Assembly (NCBI GenBank): GCA_951406725.2
Contig: OX597819.1
Location: 101,680,001 to 101,744,000, forward strand
DNA from: Octopus vulgaris
Taxonomy: Eukaryota
Direction: 5' to 3'
Length of the DNA stretch: 64,000 nucleotides
Shown: positions 25,401-39,379 of the stretch, piece after piece
Numbering within the stretch: position 1 is the first letter of the stretch
How the letters are laid out: each line of letters opens with the position of its first letter
Position numbers and translations under genes: made by a program
Notes under the pieces: generated by a model
Told to the model about the DNA's origin: nothing
The model's database searches: none
The model's input: only the letters and a program-made list of their open reading frames with translations

Positions 25401-26691
25401 CAAGGGGCGTTCAATAAGTAATGCCCCTGACCCACTTCCTATAGCAGTAGAGCAACGAAACTTGGCACAGTTATTAGTCTTTTTCTACATAGGAACCACC
25501 CAGAGTTACGCATTTCTCCCATCGTTTGATGCGGCTCTGGAGACCGTTTTTGTAGAAGAACCCAGCTTGGTCCTCCAACCTCAACGTGACTTCAGAAATC
25601 AAGGCTGCATCATCTGGGAAACGCTGTCCTTTCAAAAACAACTTCATGATTGGGAAGAGGTGAAAATCAGAGGGTGCAAGGTCAGGAAAGTAGGAGGGAT
25701 GGGGAGGAGTTCATAGCCATACGCTTGTGCTTCTGATCTGGCGACAAGCGAGTTGTGGACCGGAGCGTTGTCCTGCAGGAGGAGGATGCCTTTGCTGATC
25801 TTGCCCCGCCTCTTGATTTTGATAACTTCTCTTAATTTCCTCAAAAGTGAAGCATAATAGGCTCCTGCAATTGTGGTACCCTTTGCCAGGAAATCTGTCA
25901 TCACTACTCCGTCCTGGTCCCAGAAGACTGTGAGCATGACCTTGCCAGCGGAGGGCTGCACCTTTGCCTTCTTTGGAGGGGGTGAGTCACGGTGCTTCCA
26001 CTGCATTGACTGGGCTTTGGTCTCTGGATCATCGTGATGGACCCAGGTTTCATCCTGTGTAATCAGTCTTTTGAAAAATTTTGACTCATCTTCTTGGCAC
26101 ATCTCCAAATTCACCCTCGAGCACTCGACGCGTTCTTGCTTCTGGAAAGGCGTGAGCAACCTGGGAATCCATCTGGCAGACACCTTTTGCATATGCAAAT
26201 GGTCATGAATGATAGTTTCCACAGACCCGGTACTAATCTTGACCTCATGGGCTATTTGGCGAATAATTATGCGTCGATCTTCGAAAATGGCAGCCTTAAC
26301 TTGACGGACAGATGCCTCATCAATGGCAGAAGGGGACGACCAGATCTGGGAGCTGTTTCCACAGAGTTCCGACCATGTTTGAATTCACGATGCCAGCGTT
26401 TTACAAGGTCATATGATGGGGCATCATCACCATAAGTTACTTTCATTTCATCAAAAGTCTCCCGTGGTGTGCGTCCTTTCAAATACAAAAACCGGATCAC
26501 TGCTCGACACTCAACAGGCTCCATTTCACACTTGACTCGGTTCAAACACCTGTAAATCAGAAACCATAATTATTTCAGAGCTGTAATTTGCCACTTACTC
26601 TATAGAGATGTACATGATTACACATGCAAAATTTCAGTTAGATCAAACAAATGCAAGTGGGTCAGAGGCATTACTTATTGAACGTCCCTCG
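25401..26691 (-). mobile_element. Full-length mariner DNA transposon (1291 bp), TA target duplication
   Basis: 37-bp TIRs 25401-25437 and 26655-26691 with 3 mismatches; TA at 25399-25400 and 26692-26693. Confidence 0.97.
25474..26524 (-). pseudogene. Mariner (DD34D-type, irritans-like) transposase with two frameshifts
   Basis: MEPVECRAVIRFL..RSGRP, ARWIPRLL, ITQDETWVHH, LQDNAPVH, PSDFHLF, ending RWEKCVTLGGSYVEKD*; frameshifts near 26330 and 25700. Confidence 0.92.
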
Positions 26692-27721
26692 TATATCTAA
26701 ACAATATCACTTCAAACATCAAAGACAACTACAAAGCCTCAAATCTGAGACGCAGCCTGTAACTGTCGAAATACTATCAACTTTCTACTGGGAACATCCA
26801 GTCTCTCATAGGCTATAGCCTATATTTCCACCCATACATTATCGGATGGCATCAAGAGACACTAAATGGACATGAGAGTATATGATTTTAAGGAAACATA
26901 TAACACAGTACATGCACAGTTTGTAATACAGAGATAAAGAACTTTTTGCACCGCTTCATCTACAGATCCCATGACCTTCGGTATGATTTCTCCAACTCAC
27001 ACGGAGCTCGCAATTACGAACTCTGTCCCATGGTGAGACAATACATACTTCATCAGTCAAAAGGAGACTGAGCTACCTTACTAACTGAAACCAAATAAAT
27101 ATGTTTTGCCACTTGGTCTTCAATCTTAAGATAATTTGGCTGGTTTCTATTCATAGCACAAGTTATACATCTTGCAATTGATGAAATACGGCAAATATCT
27201 CCATGTCTGTTGCTGGCCATATTAGCAATACTAAAAGTGCTATTGTTAACATTAGTGAGAAGCTTAATTTCATTAGCATTATTAATTATATCATTATCAT
27301 TATTAACATCACTGTCGTTAGTTTCCTATCTACGACACTACTAAAGAAACTCTAACACTCTCAATTTGCAGACTTGATCTTTCAACTTCCTCAGTCAGTG
27401 TTGAAGAATCATTTATATATGTCTTAAAGTGCATCAGACAACGTTAAAATCTTTCCTCCGTCTGTTGTTCCATTGGCAACTAAAAACACAGATATTCCAT
27501 CCTAGACCTAGCTATCTGAAACATTAGGACAGAGTATAAAATCTTTGCTTGCAGTATAGACTACAGCCTACCCATGCTAGTTTTCCAACCCTAATTGTAA
27601 CGCAACACTATCAGATTTGGTTACTTCCACACTAGCACCAGTATGCCAGCTTATCATGTGCTGAACACTGTAAAAGAACTAATATCCGCGAACGTATTAT
27701 ACTGTAATCTACTGACAAAGG

Positions 27722-28059
27722 AGCTTGAGCACCTTGCCAAACTCCTTTCTAAATGTGTGTGCCTTTATTCGAACAAATTGACCCCAGGACCTATTCTTTC
27801 TATCGGTGTCTTTTGCCGAACGGCTAACTTACGGTGATGTAAACACATTAACATCGGTCGTCATGCGATGGTGGGGTGTCAAACACAGACACACAAACAT
27901 AATACGACGGGCTCCTTTCAGCTTCCGTCTACCAAATCCACTCACAAAGCTTTGGTCGGCCCATGACTATAGTAGAAGATACTTGCCCAAGATGCCACGA
28001 GTGGGACTGAATACGGAACCATGTGGCTGGGAAACAGGCTTCTTAACACACGGCCACAG
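27722..28059 (-). mobile_element. SINE family A without microsatellite expansion
   Basis: Both halves present, joined by only ACACAAACATAATA. Confidence 0.8.
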
Positions 28060-28227
28060 GTACTGTTCTATTGATCAACTAAGGCATATCGAACGGCCTA
28101 CCATAACCTTAGAGCCTACCAACAGATTACCTGGAGTTCTTCACTAATCTAAGTAATACAGTTAGCTTGGTGTGCCAACAGCGCGTTTATGAAGTATTTT
28201 GCCCGGATTGATAATGCCTCACTAATT

Positions 28228-28317
<90 letters not shown>

Positions 28318-29127
28318 CATATGTGTGCGTATGTGTTTATATATATCTTTACAAACAAATATATATACATTCTATATGCATATATGTATATACAAAAATA
28401 CACATATAATATACTTTTATATTTCTGTGTGTGTGTGTTTCTGTGTTTCTATATGTGTGTGTGTGTGTCTGTGCAGGTATATATATTTACGCATAATATT
28501 CTTCTCATCAAAACCGACGATACATCTTATTTTCAGATCTCAGTATCATCTGCTTATCTCTTTCTCTCTCTCTCTCTCTTTCTCTTTCTCTCTGTCTCTC
28601 TCACTGTATGTATGTATGTGTTTTTGTATGTGTGTGCTTGCGTGTGTGTGCGTATGTATGTATGTATGTATATTTGTTGAACTATGCATCTATCTAAAAT
28701 TTAAGAGCGTGATATTCTACACATAACACCCACGAATTTTCGGTTCTGTTATACATTCATCTTTCCCTTGTCTCCTAGTTCTCAATTACTTTTTCCAACT
28801 TCACCCCCCCAGCAAACACCCTCTGCATGTCAACTGAAAGACATCTTTGTGTCGCTCCTTCGATCTCCCAATCACCACCTCTTCTCCTATGGAACGCCGT
28901 CCGTTCACGTTTCAGTTATACGCGCAATCGAAATCTGAGAGAAATAAAGAAGGGGAAAAGAGGGAGCATGTGGACCGTTTTCAACAAGAACAATCATCAA
29001 ACAGTTGGAGATATCTGTTGCCGCTTACATATTGCTATCGTTCATAAATTGAACGTATGCACTTATGTATGTATGTATGTATGTATGTATGTATGTATGT
29101 ATGTATGTATGTATGTATGTATGTGTG

Positions 29128-29194
<67 letters not shown>

Positions 29195-29703
29195 ATATAT
29201 ATATATATATATATATAAGAGAACAACGTGTACGTACGCCGCTAAGAATGTGTTTATAAGTGGGTCTGTATGTGAGTGTGCGGGGGTGTCTATCCGCGCG
29301 TGCTTGCATAAATGTATATATATATATATGCGTATGTATTATGCAGTGGGGCCTCTTTTTCTCCCTTGGGTGCGTATATAGTCGATTAGTGGGAGTGCTT
29401 CTGTGCATGGAGGCATAAGCATATATAGGTGCATAAAAATACACCTATATATATATATAGAGAGAGAGAGGGAGATAGATAGATAGATATAGATATAGAT
29501 ATATATGTATATGTATAAACACAAACACACACACACATATATATATATATGCTTGTATGTATGTACATATATATCGGTGTTTGGGGTTGTGTAGTTGTAT
29601 ATTAACGTATATGATCTTACAAATATATATATATACACATATATATACATATATATAGATATGTGTGTATGTGAGTCTGCTTGAGTTTCACTCAATGTGA
29701 TCG

Positions 29704-29736
<33 letters not shown>

Positions 29737-30037
29737 TTGCGTGTGTGTGAGTGTTAGTATATGTTTGTGTGCGCATGCGTAGATTTGTGTAAACGTGTGC
29801 TCATGTATCTGTACATCATTCAGAAAATAATGCAAAGGCTAATCATTTATTCATATTATATATGGCTGCCGGAATTGCAACATTTATTTCAATAGCCTGC
29901 CACAATAAATTATGTAGGCAAGTTGGATTCTGAAATGATATCTTCTTTGTAGACACCATTAATTATTTATTGAAATATAGTCGTATATCTTTACTCACAC
30001 ACACACATATTCATATGTGTGCAAGCGTATATGCGTT

Positions 30038-30075
<38 letters not shown>

Positions 30076-30098
30076 CATACATCTATATCTATCTATCT

Positions 30099-30197
<99 letters not shown>

Positions 30198-30890
30198 TGT
30201 TTATATCCATACAAATATATATATACACACACATACACATACGTATATATATATACATAAATGTTTATATATATATATTTATATGTATGTCTTTTTATAC
30301 ATAAATATATGTATATATTACTTTATACGTGTGAATATATATGCATATATACATATATATATGTATTCATATGCATATACATAATTATGCAGTTACATAT
30401 ATATATACACACACAGACACACACACACATAGGTTTCGGGATTTTATAGTTGTAAGCAAACCGTAAAAATCTTACACAAATATATGAAAAGAACTTTGAC
30501 TAAAACTAAAAATAAAAGTTGATTTAAATAATTTCTACAAGGTAACTGTTCTATTTATATATCTATTAATATAAGATCTATCTAACTGTCTGTTTATCTA
30601 TGTCTCTGTCAGTCTATATCACTCTCTTTCATTGCACAAAGAGGAATAGAAGAAAGAAAAAGCGATAGATAGATTTGTAGACCGACAAAGAAATAGATAG
30701 ATATGAAAAAACTGATACATATACATACACACACATACACACTCACACACACACACATACGCACACGCGCACACACACACACGCACGTATGTATGTATGT
30801 ATGTATGTATGTATGTATGTATGTATGTATGTATGTATGTATGTATGTATGTATGTATGTTTGGACCAGAACAGTTTGATTCAAATTCCT

Positions 30891-30931
30891 TGTTACTCCG
30901 AGTTTCAAATCGTGATTCTAATCGTCAGCCA
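30891..30931 (-). ncRNA. Candidate minimal hammerhead motif
   Basis: UGG-CUGACGA-UUAG-AAUC(AC)GAUU-U-GAAA-CUC(G)GAG-UA-ACA; canonical core, irregular stem II, weak stem I. Confidence 0.45.
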
Positions 30932-30982
30932 TTGGAAATTTGTGGAGTGCCTTTCTTTCGTTTGTCCATTCACAAATATACA

Positions 30983-31044
<62 letters not shown>

Positions 31045-31450
31045 ACGATGGATAGACACAATATATAGATATATACATTTCTTGATGTATGTATATGTAT
31101 GTGCGTGTATATATTCAAATACAACAATCTGTATATTGTTTTTAGTGCAACTATAAGATAGAGAGAACCGGACAATTCAATATTTCAATTTTTTTAAATA
31201 TATGTATGAATAAACAAACACAGAATATTCCCTATCTTGGTTCAATAAATAAATAAATAAATAAATAAATGCAATACAACGGCTTTAAATGTTCGTAAAC
31301 ACGGGACGAATGTTCTTCAAATATTATGCTTTTCCAATTGCTTATTTTCCCTTTGAGGCATGTCGCAGTGAAGAGGATGATAAAATATTAGATCAAATAC
31401 AAATTTACAGGTATATATACTCCTATATTATTTGTAGGTTCCTGATAATA

Positions 31451-32030
31451 CAGGGTGGTGCACGAAAGAGTAGTCTGAGTTCCATAGCATAGTGTAAATA
31501 GAGAAACAAATTTACCCACACGAAATAGGAGCCAGCTTTTCATTTTCAAGTATCATTGTGTTATTTCGAACGCTGAACAAAGACGGAGCACAACTCGACT
31601 GTTTGCTACCTTATTCACACAGCATCCTTACCACATTTGTTGATTGTAAGATTGTATTGAATGAATAACTCTAGTCTTTTCTACAAGATGACATACTCAG
31701 TAGTAGAAAAAGTGAAGATTGCAGAAGCGTAAGTGAGAATGAGTTCTGTTATGCAAAGCCGCATGAAATTTTGGAAGTCAATTTCTGAGAACAGAACTAA
31801 TGGTTTAAGGAATCATACAAATGTTGGTGAAGAAGTGGCGTGCTACGGGGTCAATGCATAACGCAACAAAACAAATAGACCCTGTAGTTCGAATGCGGAA
31901 GTTTTGCTAGACATTCGTCAAAGGATTACTTGAAATCCAAAGAAGTTAATATGTAAATCGCCGCTGCAGTCTTACATAAGCTGGAGGCCATACCAACGGA
32001 CATTGAAAACTCTAAATTTGAAGGTTTATG
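31451..32030 (+). mobile_element. 5' fragment of a Tc1/mariner-superfamily element (DUF4817-like N-terminus)
   Basis: Begins TA|CAGGGTGG; broken frame MTYSVVEKVKIAEA*VRMSSV ... LVKKWRATGS ... NPKK ... QRTLKTLNLKVY. Confidence 0.65.
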
Positions 32031-32088
32031 ATTTCATAAATGTATAGCAATTGAAAGTGGATAACAAGAGCAAACGAGTAAATTACTG

Positions 32089-32120
<32 letters not shown>

Positions 32121-32214
32121 CACACACTCACACACAGCCACGCCTGTGTGTATATATACATATATATATGTGTGTGTGTATATAAGTATATATATATATG
32201 TATTATATATATAT

Positions 32215-32308
<94 letters not shown>

Positions 32309-32372
32309 TGATAGAATGAGATGAAAAAATCCAATTCAGTAAATAGGTTTCATAATATTTATCAAGGAAAGG

Positions 32373-32419
32373 GCTTGCACCTGTTTCCGGTATATTTTAT
32401 ATATCCCTTCATCAGAGAC
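32373..32419 (-). ncRNA. Degenerate minimal hammerhead motif in a probable Penelope-like remnant (~32308-32830)
   Basis: GUCU-CUGAUGA-A-GGGAUAUAU(AAA)AUAUACCG-GAAAC-AGGUGCA-AGCC; core and long stem II intact, stem III and cleavage site mutated. Confidence 0.5.
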
Positions 32420-32861
32420 GGTGCGAGAAAATACTTCAGCAGTAATTATTGTAGAGAAGATATGAAATACAGAGAATGAATATAGAAGTGAGGTACATAA
32501 GGATATTGCATTTGCAGTTCCACTATTCAAGTTGAATGTTGTATATAGTGTATATAGTTCGTGAAAAATTGTTTTGGTGAAGAAATCTTCTTGTACATGG
32601 TGAATGAGTTTCAATGGTGGTTATATTTGGTCATTCCAAGTATATAGGTTTTTGTTTGTGTGGATTAAAATGTGTTGGTAGTGTGAATGGATAGATAGAG
32701 GGGGATAGTGATGTGTATGATTAGAAATGGGAGATAGGTGAAATCAAAACAAGAAGAGAGAATGGGAGAAGAAATAGAAGCAAAAGGGAGAAAGACAAAA
32801 AAGTAATGAAGAGAGAGGGAGCGAAATGAAAGAGGGTATATTAGCTAGTGTCCGTAATAAA

Positions 32862-33085
32862 GTGCTAACGTTTCTTATTTCTTTATTGCCCACAAACAAG
32901 GACAGGCAAACGGATCAAGTCGATTACATCGATCCCAGTGCGTAACTGGTACTTAATTTATTGACACCGAAAGGATGAATGGCAAAGTCGACCTCGGCGG
33001 AATTTGAACTCAGAACATAGCGGCAGACGAAATGCCGCGAAGCATTTCGCCCGGCGTGCTAACGTTTCTGCCAGCTCGCCGCCTT
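32862..33085 (-). mobile_element. SINE family D, monomer
   Basis: Minus strand GGCGGCGAGCTGGCAGAAACGTTAGCAC...GAGTTCAAATTCC...GTGGGCAATAAAGAAATA. Confidence 0.88.
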
Positions 33086-33585
33086 AAACAGACAGACAAA
33101 TATAGATATACTCTTAGAAAAGCATTTCCATGAAGGTATGCACATATTCATTCATAGATTACAGTTGCTAAATAAACCTTTTGCTATTTTCCTATTCTGA
33201 ACATCTAAACTATTGCACTTGTGAAAAAAGCTTAATGACGACATTTAAGTAAATACAACTAATCACACGTCCATTTACTTAAACCTAAAATTGAGGAAAC
33301 ATTTATACTGTTTGTTCGATGTTTATTAAATATTATTCGTGTCATATCAGTGGATTAATGGTTTCCCCCAACCCTTGATGTTTGCATATTATAATTTATG
33401 TTAAACTAGTTGCATTTGATCGTGTTTCTATCGTTGATGTTCTATGAATATTATTATTAGTGTTGTTATAGCATTTCTTTATTCTTTTATTTTATTTCGG
33501 TTCCTCGTTATATATATTTGTTTATTTTTCTCTTTTTTTTCTTTTATGTTGCCCAATTTTTTTTTTACGACAGTATTTTTCGTTT

Positions 33586-33621
<36 letters not shown>

Positions 33622-35404
33622 TGTGTGTGTGCGTGCGTGCTTGCGTGAGTGCGTGCGTACGTGCGTGCAAATACATCTCTAGCAGACGAGGTATCCAGTA
33701 TTGAGGAGTGGCAGAAATAGCCCGAAAGCAAAACTGGTCTACTAGTCCCGTCACTAGGTGATGGTAGGGCTTCGCTCTCTTGCTCGCAATTATATCGGAT
33801 GCAGCTGTACATTGTTAACCAGCTAGAGGTTATGTCCCCTTGGAGTTAAAATAAATCGCAGTAGAGTCGGATCGAACGGATGGCCATATTAAAATGGCTA
33901 CGAACATTGCTTGTCAATACAACAACTGCGTTGATCTCTTAGAGAGATTTTAGAACTGGCATATTTGCAAGTACTGAATTGTTTGATATACGTGAATGCA
34001 TTTTTACTTTATGACAACTTTATATTCCTCACACATAAAATGGTTGTATGAAGTGTACACATATATACAATTATAATATTTACTTGTATTTATTTAAGTT
34101 CTTTGCTATTTTGTATGTGGTCACGAGTGTTTGTTTATATTTATGTGTGTACTTATATCCCTGATAATATATACATATTTAACATATATGTGTGCTATTG
34201 TGTATATATATAAATATAACCTTATGTTACCGGTTTTATTTTTTGTTCGATGTATGTACGTGTACCTGTGAAGGGGCAAACGTATGTATGTCAATACAGG
34301 TGAACGTGTGTGCGTATTTGTCAATTTAGGTGAATATGTGTGTGTGATGCCTGTATGCATGTGTGACATTTAAAATACTGCCCAGAACCAGAGCTGTACA
34401 TTAGATAAGAGGTTTGTTGGTTTTGTAGGTGCGAACTTGAATCAATTACATACGGTTATTGAATTATGAATGAACACAGCTGTTCCAAACCCATGTCCTC
34501 AGTCAATAACAAAAAAAATTTTTAAATGAAAAATAATAAATATGATAACAATATCAAACAAATACTGCAGATGGTCCCACAAAACGTGCGAAGACATATT
34601 TATAGTCGCTAGATATAGCGGCTAAACACCTCCTGAATCTCGTCTTATGAAATTAAAGATGAAGCGTGTGCTGGATATTGTTCTATATTTGATATAATAG
34701 TATAAGAATATCTGATCATAGACTTGGTTAAACAGGGTCGACCTAGGGTTAAAAAGTATCAACAACAAAAACAAAAACAATAACTGCAGATGACCAAGAA
34801 GACGTTGAATAACAATAAAAATTCATCATCAGCCTCTTCCTCCTCCTCATCATCATCATCAATGTTATCTTTTTTTTTTTTCTTAATTTAGCAATGTTGG
34901 AAGTCGATTGAACAAAATAACTTGTATTTAACCCCTTTAAATAATATTTAAAAACCTGCCGGGGCATTTTCTGCTTTCATTCTTCCCGATTCCATAAAAA
35001 TAAAATCCGAATGTATTTATAGAATCGATATAATCGATTACGCTCTTCCAACTCAGTTTTTGACGTATTTTTCTTGGAAATATTACGTTTCGAGTAAACA
35101 GACATCATGCGAAGGCTTTTTATATAGTGGAAAAGAAAGAGAAGATGCTAGGTGTACCGCAGTGTAACCTGAGTATAATTTCTTCCCTGTAGTTTCAGTT
35201 ATATTTTTAGTTCAGGTGTGCCACTGAATTTTGAAAAGACTATAAGTGTACAGCAAGTGAAAAAAGGTTGCGGAGCACAAATCAATCAGGACAAATCGAT
35301 GAACTTGCAACTCAGCACCTGGAAAGAGCGTGAAATAGGAACGTGGCGTGCTAAAAACACATATTTACAGACTTACACGGGCTTATCGGACTTACCGTTC
35401 GTGT

Positions 35405-35512
35405 TTGTCTCCTTCTCTCCCACTGCCAGTCTCAGTGGCCCTGAATATGTTTTTCCTCCTGATTAATGGCTATGAAACACCCACCTTCCTAAAAGAAATA
35501 AACGAAAATGGT
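35405..35512. repeat. Unclassified ~110-bp dispersed repeat (second copy 41857-41968)
   Basis: TTTGTCTCCTTCTCTCCCACTGCCAGTCTC.GTG.CCCTGAA...GCTATGAAACAC.CACCTTCCTAAAA in both places. Confidence 0.8.
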
Positions 35513-35579
35513 ACCATTCAGAGAGGAAGCTATTCCTGGAGGAGTGGGTAGAACTAATTGGATGTTTACATCGTCTCTG

Positions 35580-35880
35580 TTATTGTTTAGTGCCAGATCG
35601 TCGAGCCTTCCTAAGTCTCCGTCTGATTAGATTGGATGGTCTGCTCTTCGTCTCAGCTGCTTTTCGGTTGAGTCCGTCCATTTACTGCCAGTAACTTCAT
35701 GAGCTATTTAGATATACGCGCCTTTGGTATTGAGGTATAGCCATGTGCTTAGACAGTACCATCTCTTGAACTGCACCTGGTATCTGGAATGCCTTCAAAA
35801 TCTCACCATCTCTTACCACTTACCAATCGAACAATGGGGATTATTGGCTGTTTAATTTTAGAAACATGGTAAGGATTAGC
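35580..35880 (-). mobile_element. Possible degenerate 3' end of an R4/Dong-like LINE
   Basis: Broken minus-strand frames give IPIV.. and VQEMVL.STW, loosely resembling the RLE-clade C-terminus; ends AACAATAA. Confidence 0.3.
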
Positions 35881-36784
35881 AGCAAGGAGAAGCGATGATG
35901 TTCTTGAGAAAACTCTGCGCACAGACGAAACGGAAATGGCGAGTTTGTACTGGAGGACACTTTTGCCTGGAACAATGATGGATAACTTCCAGAAATCTTA
36001 CGCGTTTTCTAACAAAATCATTTTGAAGAACGTAAGCGAAGACAACATATTTTGTTGCGTTATATGAACTACTACGCTTTAAAGATCAAAAGGAAACTAC
36101 GAATGTTGAAAATGTTGAATTAAACAATAGAGATAGTTTGCAGTCATAGAATGCAGATATATCGCAGCGGTAACTAACATCTCTATGGAAAAGGACGAAA
36201 GTGACTTCCTTCGGCTTTACAAGCCCTTGGAAGAGAAGTTACAAATTATAATCTTAACACTTGGTATGCTGTAACGTAACTGATAATAGCAACGACGTTA
36301 ACCGTTGACACTTTTCTCAGAAATTCCCCGCACTACTGAATTATTTTCTTTCAGCAATTCACTCACTTCTTATGCAACAATTATTTTATCACGTTACCTC
36401 TCGTTTCTCATTGTTTAAATGTTTGTTCTCATGACTACTTGTCTCACCATTGATTCTTATAATGTCAATCTCCCAACTCTCTTTGTCTCTCTGCCTTTTT
36501 GCCTGTCCGTCCGTCCATCTATCAATCGATCTATTTGTCTGTCTGTCTATCTAGTTATCTCTTTATCTATCTATCTCTATTACTGATGCTCTTTTTCACA
36601 TCACTCTTCACAACCTCTTCTCCCTTCTCCCAGCAGGAGAGAGAAACCTACAATAATTAAAATTCATGTCCTAAATTACAAGCCACATACACACAGAAAC
36701 ATACACACACATACACACACACTCTCTCTCACTTTCCCTCTCTCCTTCTCTCTCTTTCCATCTTTCTCTCTTTCTTTCTCTCCT

Positions 36785-36827
<43 letters not shown>

Positions 36828-37717
36828 AAGAAAGACTGCATCAAACAGGGATAACGCAAATGAGAAAAATACTTAAAATAAAATACACAATGCCCACAAC
36901 TTAGGCCTTTAGAAGTCACAAACAAATATATTTATGTATTAATGATTTGAATACTAAAGGACATTTCTACGCCCTGAAATATCATAATCTATAAATTTGA
37001 AAGATAATATTCCTGAAGATAAAGTTCCAAATTTCGTTACGCATTCATAGCATAAATCAAACAACTTCAAGACACTGACCTCTAGCTGAACATAATGCCC
37101 TCTACTGAAGCACATTGCCTCGTTAACTGTCTATAGTTTAAAATACAACGATTTTATCTTTAAACAGGCTAACGATTTACCTAGTTTCTTACTTCGAAAT
37201 AGCAGCTAATTTCCACTCAGCTCATACACCAACATCTGTTATAAAATAAGGAATGATATATTGGATGATGTCGTCTTAGATACTTTGTGTCTGAAAAAAC
37301 TTTGAGGTGGTCATGGATGGAATGGTTTTGAGAGTAAGATTGTGCATTAAGAAATAATAGGTGGTTAATTATAACAGTTGATAAAACGAATAAATTGTTG
37401 CTCCAGCAAGGCCAAAACATAAAATGTAATGAGGAGAGGATTTTGTGTACATGTCTGCTGAAATGTGTGCGAGTATGTCTGTGTATGAGAGAGGGGGCAG
37501 AAAAGAAGAGGTGGGAATGAAAGAGAGAGAAGGAGAAGGAGAGAGAAAGGGAACGGGAGAAAGAGAGAGAAAGGGTAAATGAGAAAAGTTGAGGCTCGAA
37601 AGCTGAGATAAAGTGAATGAATGATTGAATGAAAGAGGTGATTAGTAAAATAAACAAACACACAGACACACGCACACAACACGTTTGAGGAACCAAGCAG
37701 GAGACATCCGGGAACCG

Positions 37718-37985
37718 GGACCCCCTTCAGCACGACACTGACCATGTGATTGCACCTAGAAAGTTACCCTCCTAGTCACAAGTCCGGGCATGGTTGTTTA
37801 TGGAAGACCAGCAGTCGCCTATGCATACCGGCCTCCCCTCTCCACGCCACCAGTGTTATCTAAGGGAAAGGCAAAGGGGCCGATACAGCTTGGCACTCGT
37901 GACGTCGCAACTCATTTCTACAGCTGAGTGAACTGGAGCAACGTGAAATAAAGTGTCTTGCTCAAGAACAAGACACTTTATTTCA
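37718..37985 (-). mobile_element. SINE family B, 5'-truncated
   Basis: Closely matches 10558-10810; tRNA head missing. Confidence 0.88.
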
Positions 37986-38186
37986 GCAGGAGACATACAA
38001 CACAATAATATATGAATATACTTTTGAACTATAAACTGTCTATGGGTGGCACGCACGAAATTTTCGGTCACTGTTGTCTTTCTCTGCGGATTAAAAAGCA
38101 AAAAGGGATTTACATTTTGGTACAACGCAAGCAATTTTAGGGAAAGATCGACTAGATCGATCCTAAGTCTTAAACTGTACTTATAT

Positions 38187-38348
38187 GGCGCAGGCGTGGC
38201 TGTGTGGTAAGTAGCTTGCTTACCAACCACATGGTTCTGGGTTCAATCCCACTGCCTGGCATCTTGGGCAAGTGTCTTCTACTTATAGCCTCGGACCGAC
38301 CAAAGCCTTGTGAGTGGATTTCTTAGACGGAAACTGAAAGAAGCCTGT

Positions 38349-38434
<86 letters not shown>

Positions 38435-38436
38435 GA

Positions 38437-38488
<52 letters not shown>

Positions 38489-38689
38489 TGTGTCTGTGTT
38501 TGTTCCCCCAACATCGCTTGACAACCGATGCTGGTGTGATTACGTCCCCGTAACTTAACGGTTCGGCAAAAAGAGAACGATAAAATAAGTACGAGGCTTA
38601 CAAAAAAATAAGTCCTGGGGTCGATTTGCACAACTAAAAGGCGGTGCTCCAGCATGGCCGCAGTCAAATGACTGAAACAAGTAAAAGAG
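38187..38689 (+). mobile_element. SINE family A, full length
   Basis: GGCGCAGGCGTGGCTGTGTGGTAAG, GGTTCAATCCC, internal (TA)n(TG)n, tail GAAACAAGTAAAAGAG. Confidence 0.92.
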
Positions 38690-39319
38690 TGTATATGTAT
38701 CGACCACGAAAGAATAAAAACGAAAGACTTGAATGAATTCGAACTCTCTGAAGATGGAGAAAAAAATGAGGTCAATTAATCGGGTAAGATACGCTGACAA
38801 TTAGGCCAGCTACTCGGCTTACTTAATTAATATTAACAATAATAGGTAAGCACGTGCTTAAGTGTGTGTGTGTGTGTGGAGGGGTATTGTTCAGTAATGG
38901 GGCGTTTAGCAGACAGATATATATATAGTTAAAGATGTATTTTTAGTTAAAGTTCTACTAATTAATATTCTATTTATAAGTAAATATTCTATTTATATAT
39001 AAATATTACCGATATATATATATATACACCAAAATAATAATACATTTATCTCCTACTCACGCTTAGTTCATTGTAAACAAGTGAATAACTGATTTAATAT
39101 AGCAAAGAATTTAACGAACGTCGTTATGGAATTTCAATCTAAATGAAATAACATATGAGAAGTAAATTTATTCACATCGTAATTAGTTTTGGCATAAGCT
39201 AAAACAGATATGTTTGTACGAGTGCGCGCGTGTTTGTTTGTGTAAGTATGCGTGCGTGAACATTAGAGCTCAGGAGGCGTGCTCTAGCATGTATTAAAAA
39301 TGATAGACTAGTAATTTCA

Positions 39320-39379
<60 letters not shown>

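Noticed and set aside
35880-36290. Coding-like composition
   Set aside because: Stops interrupt the frames and no motif is recognisable; cannot be assigned without a search.
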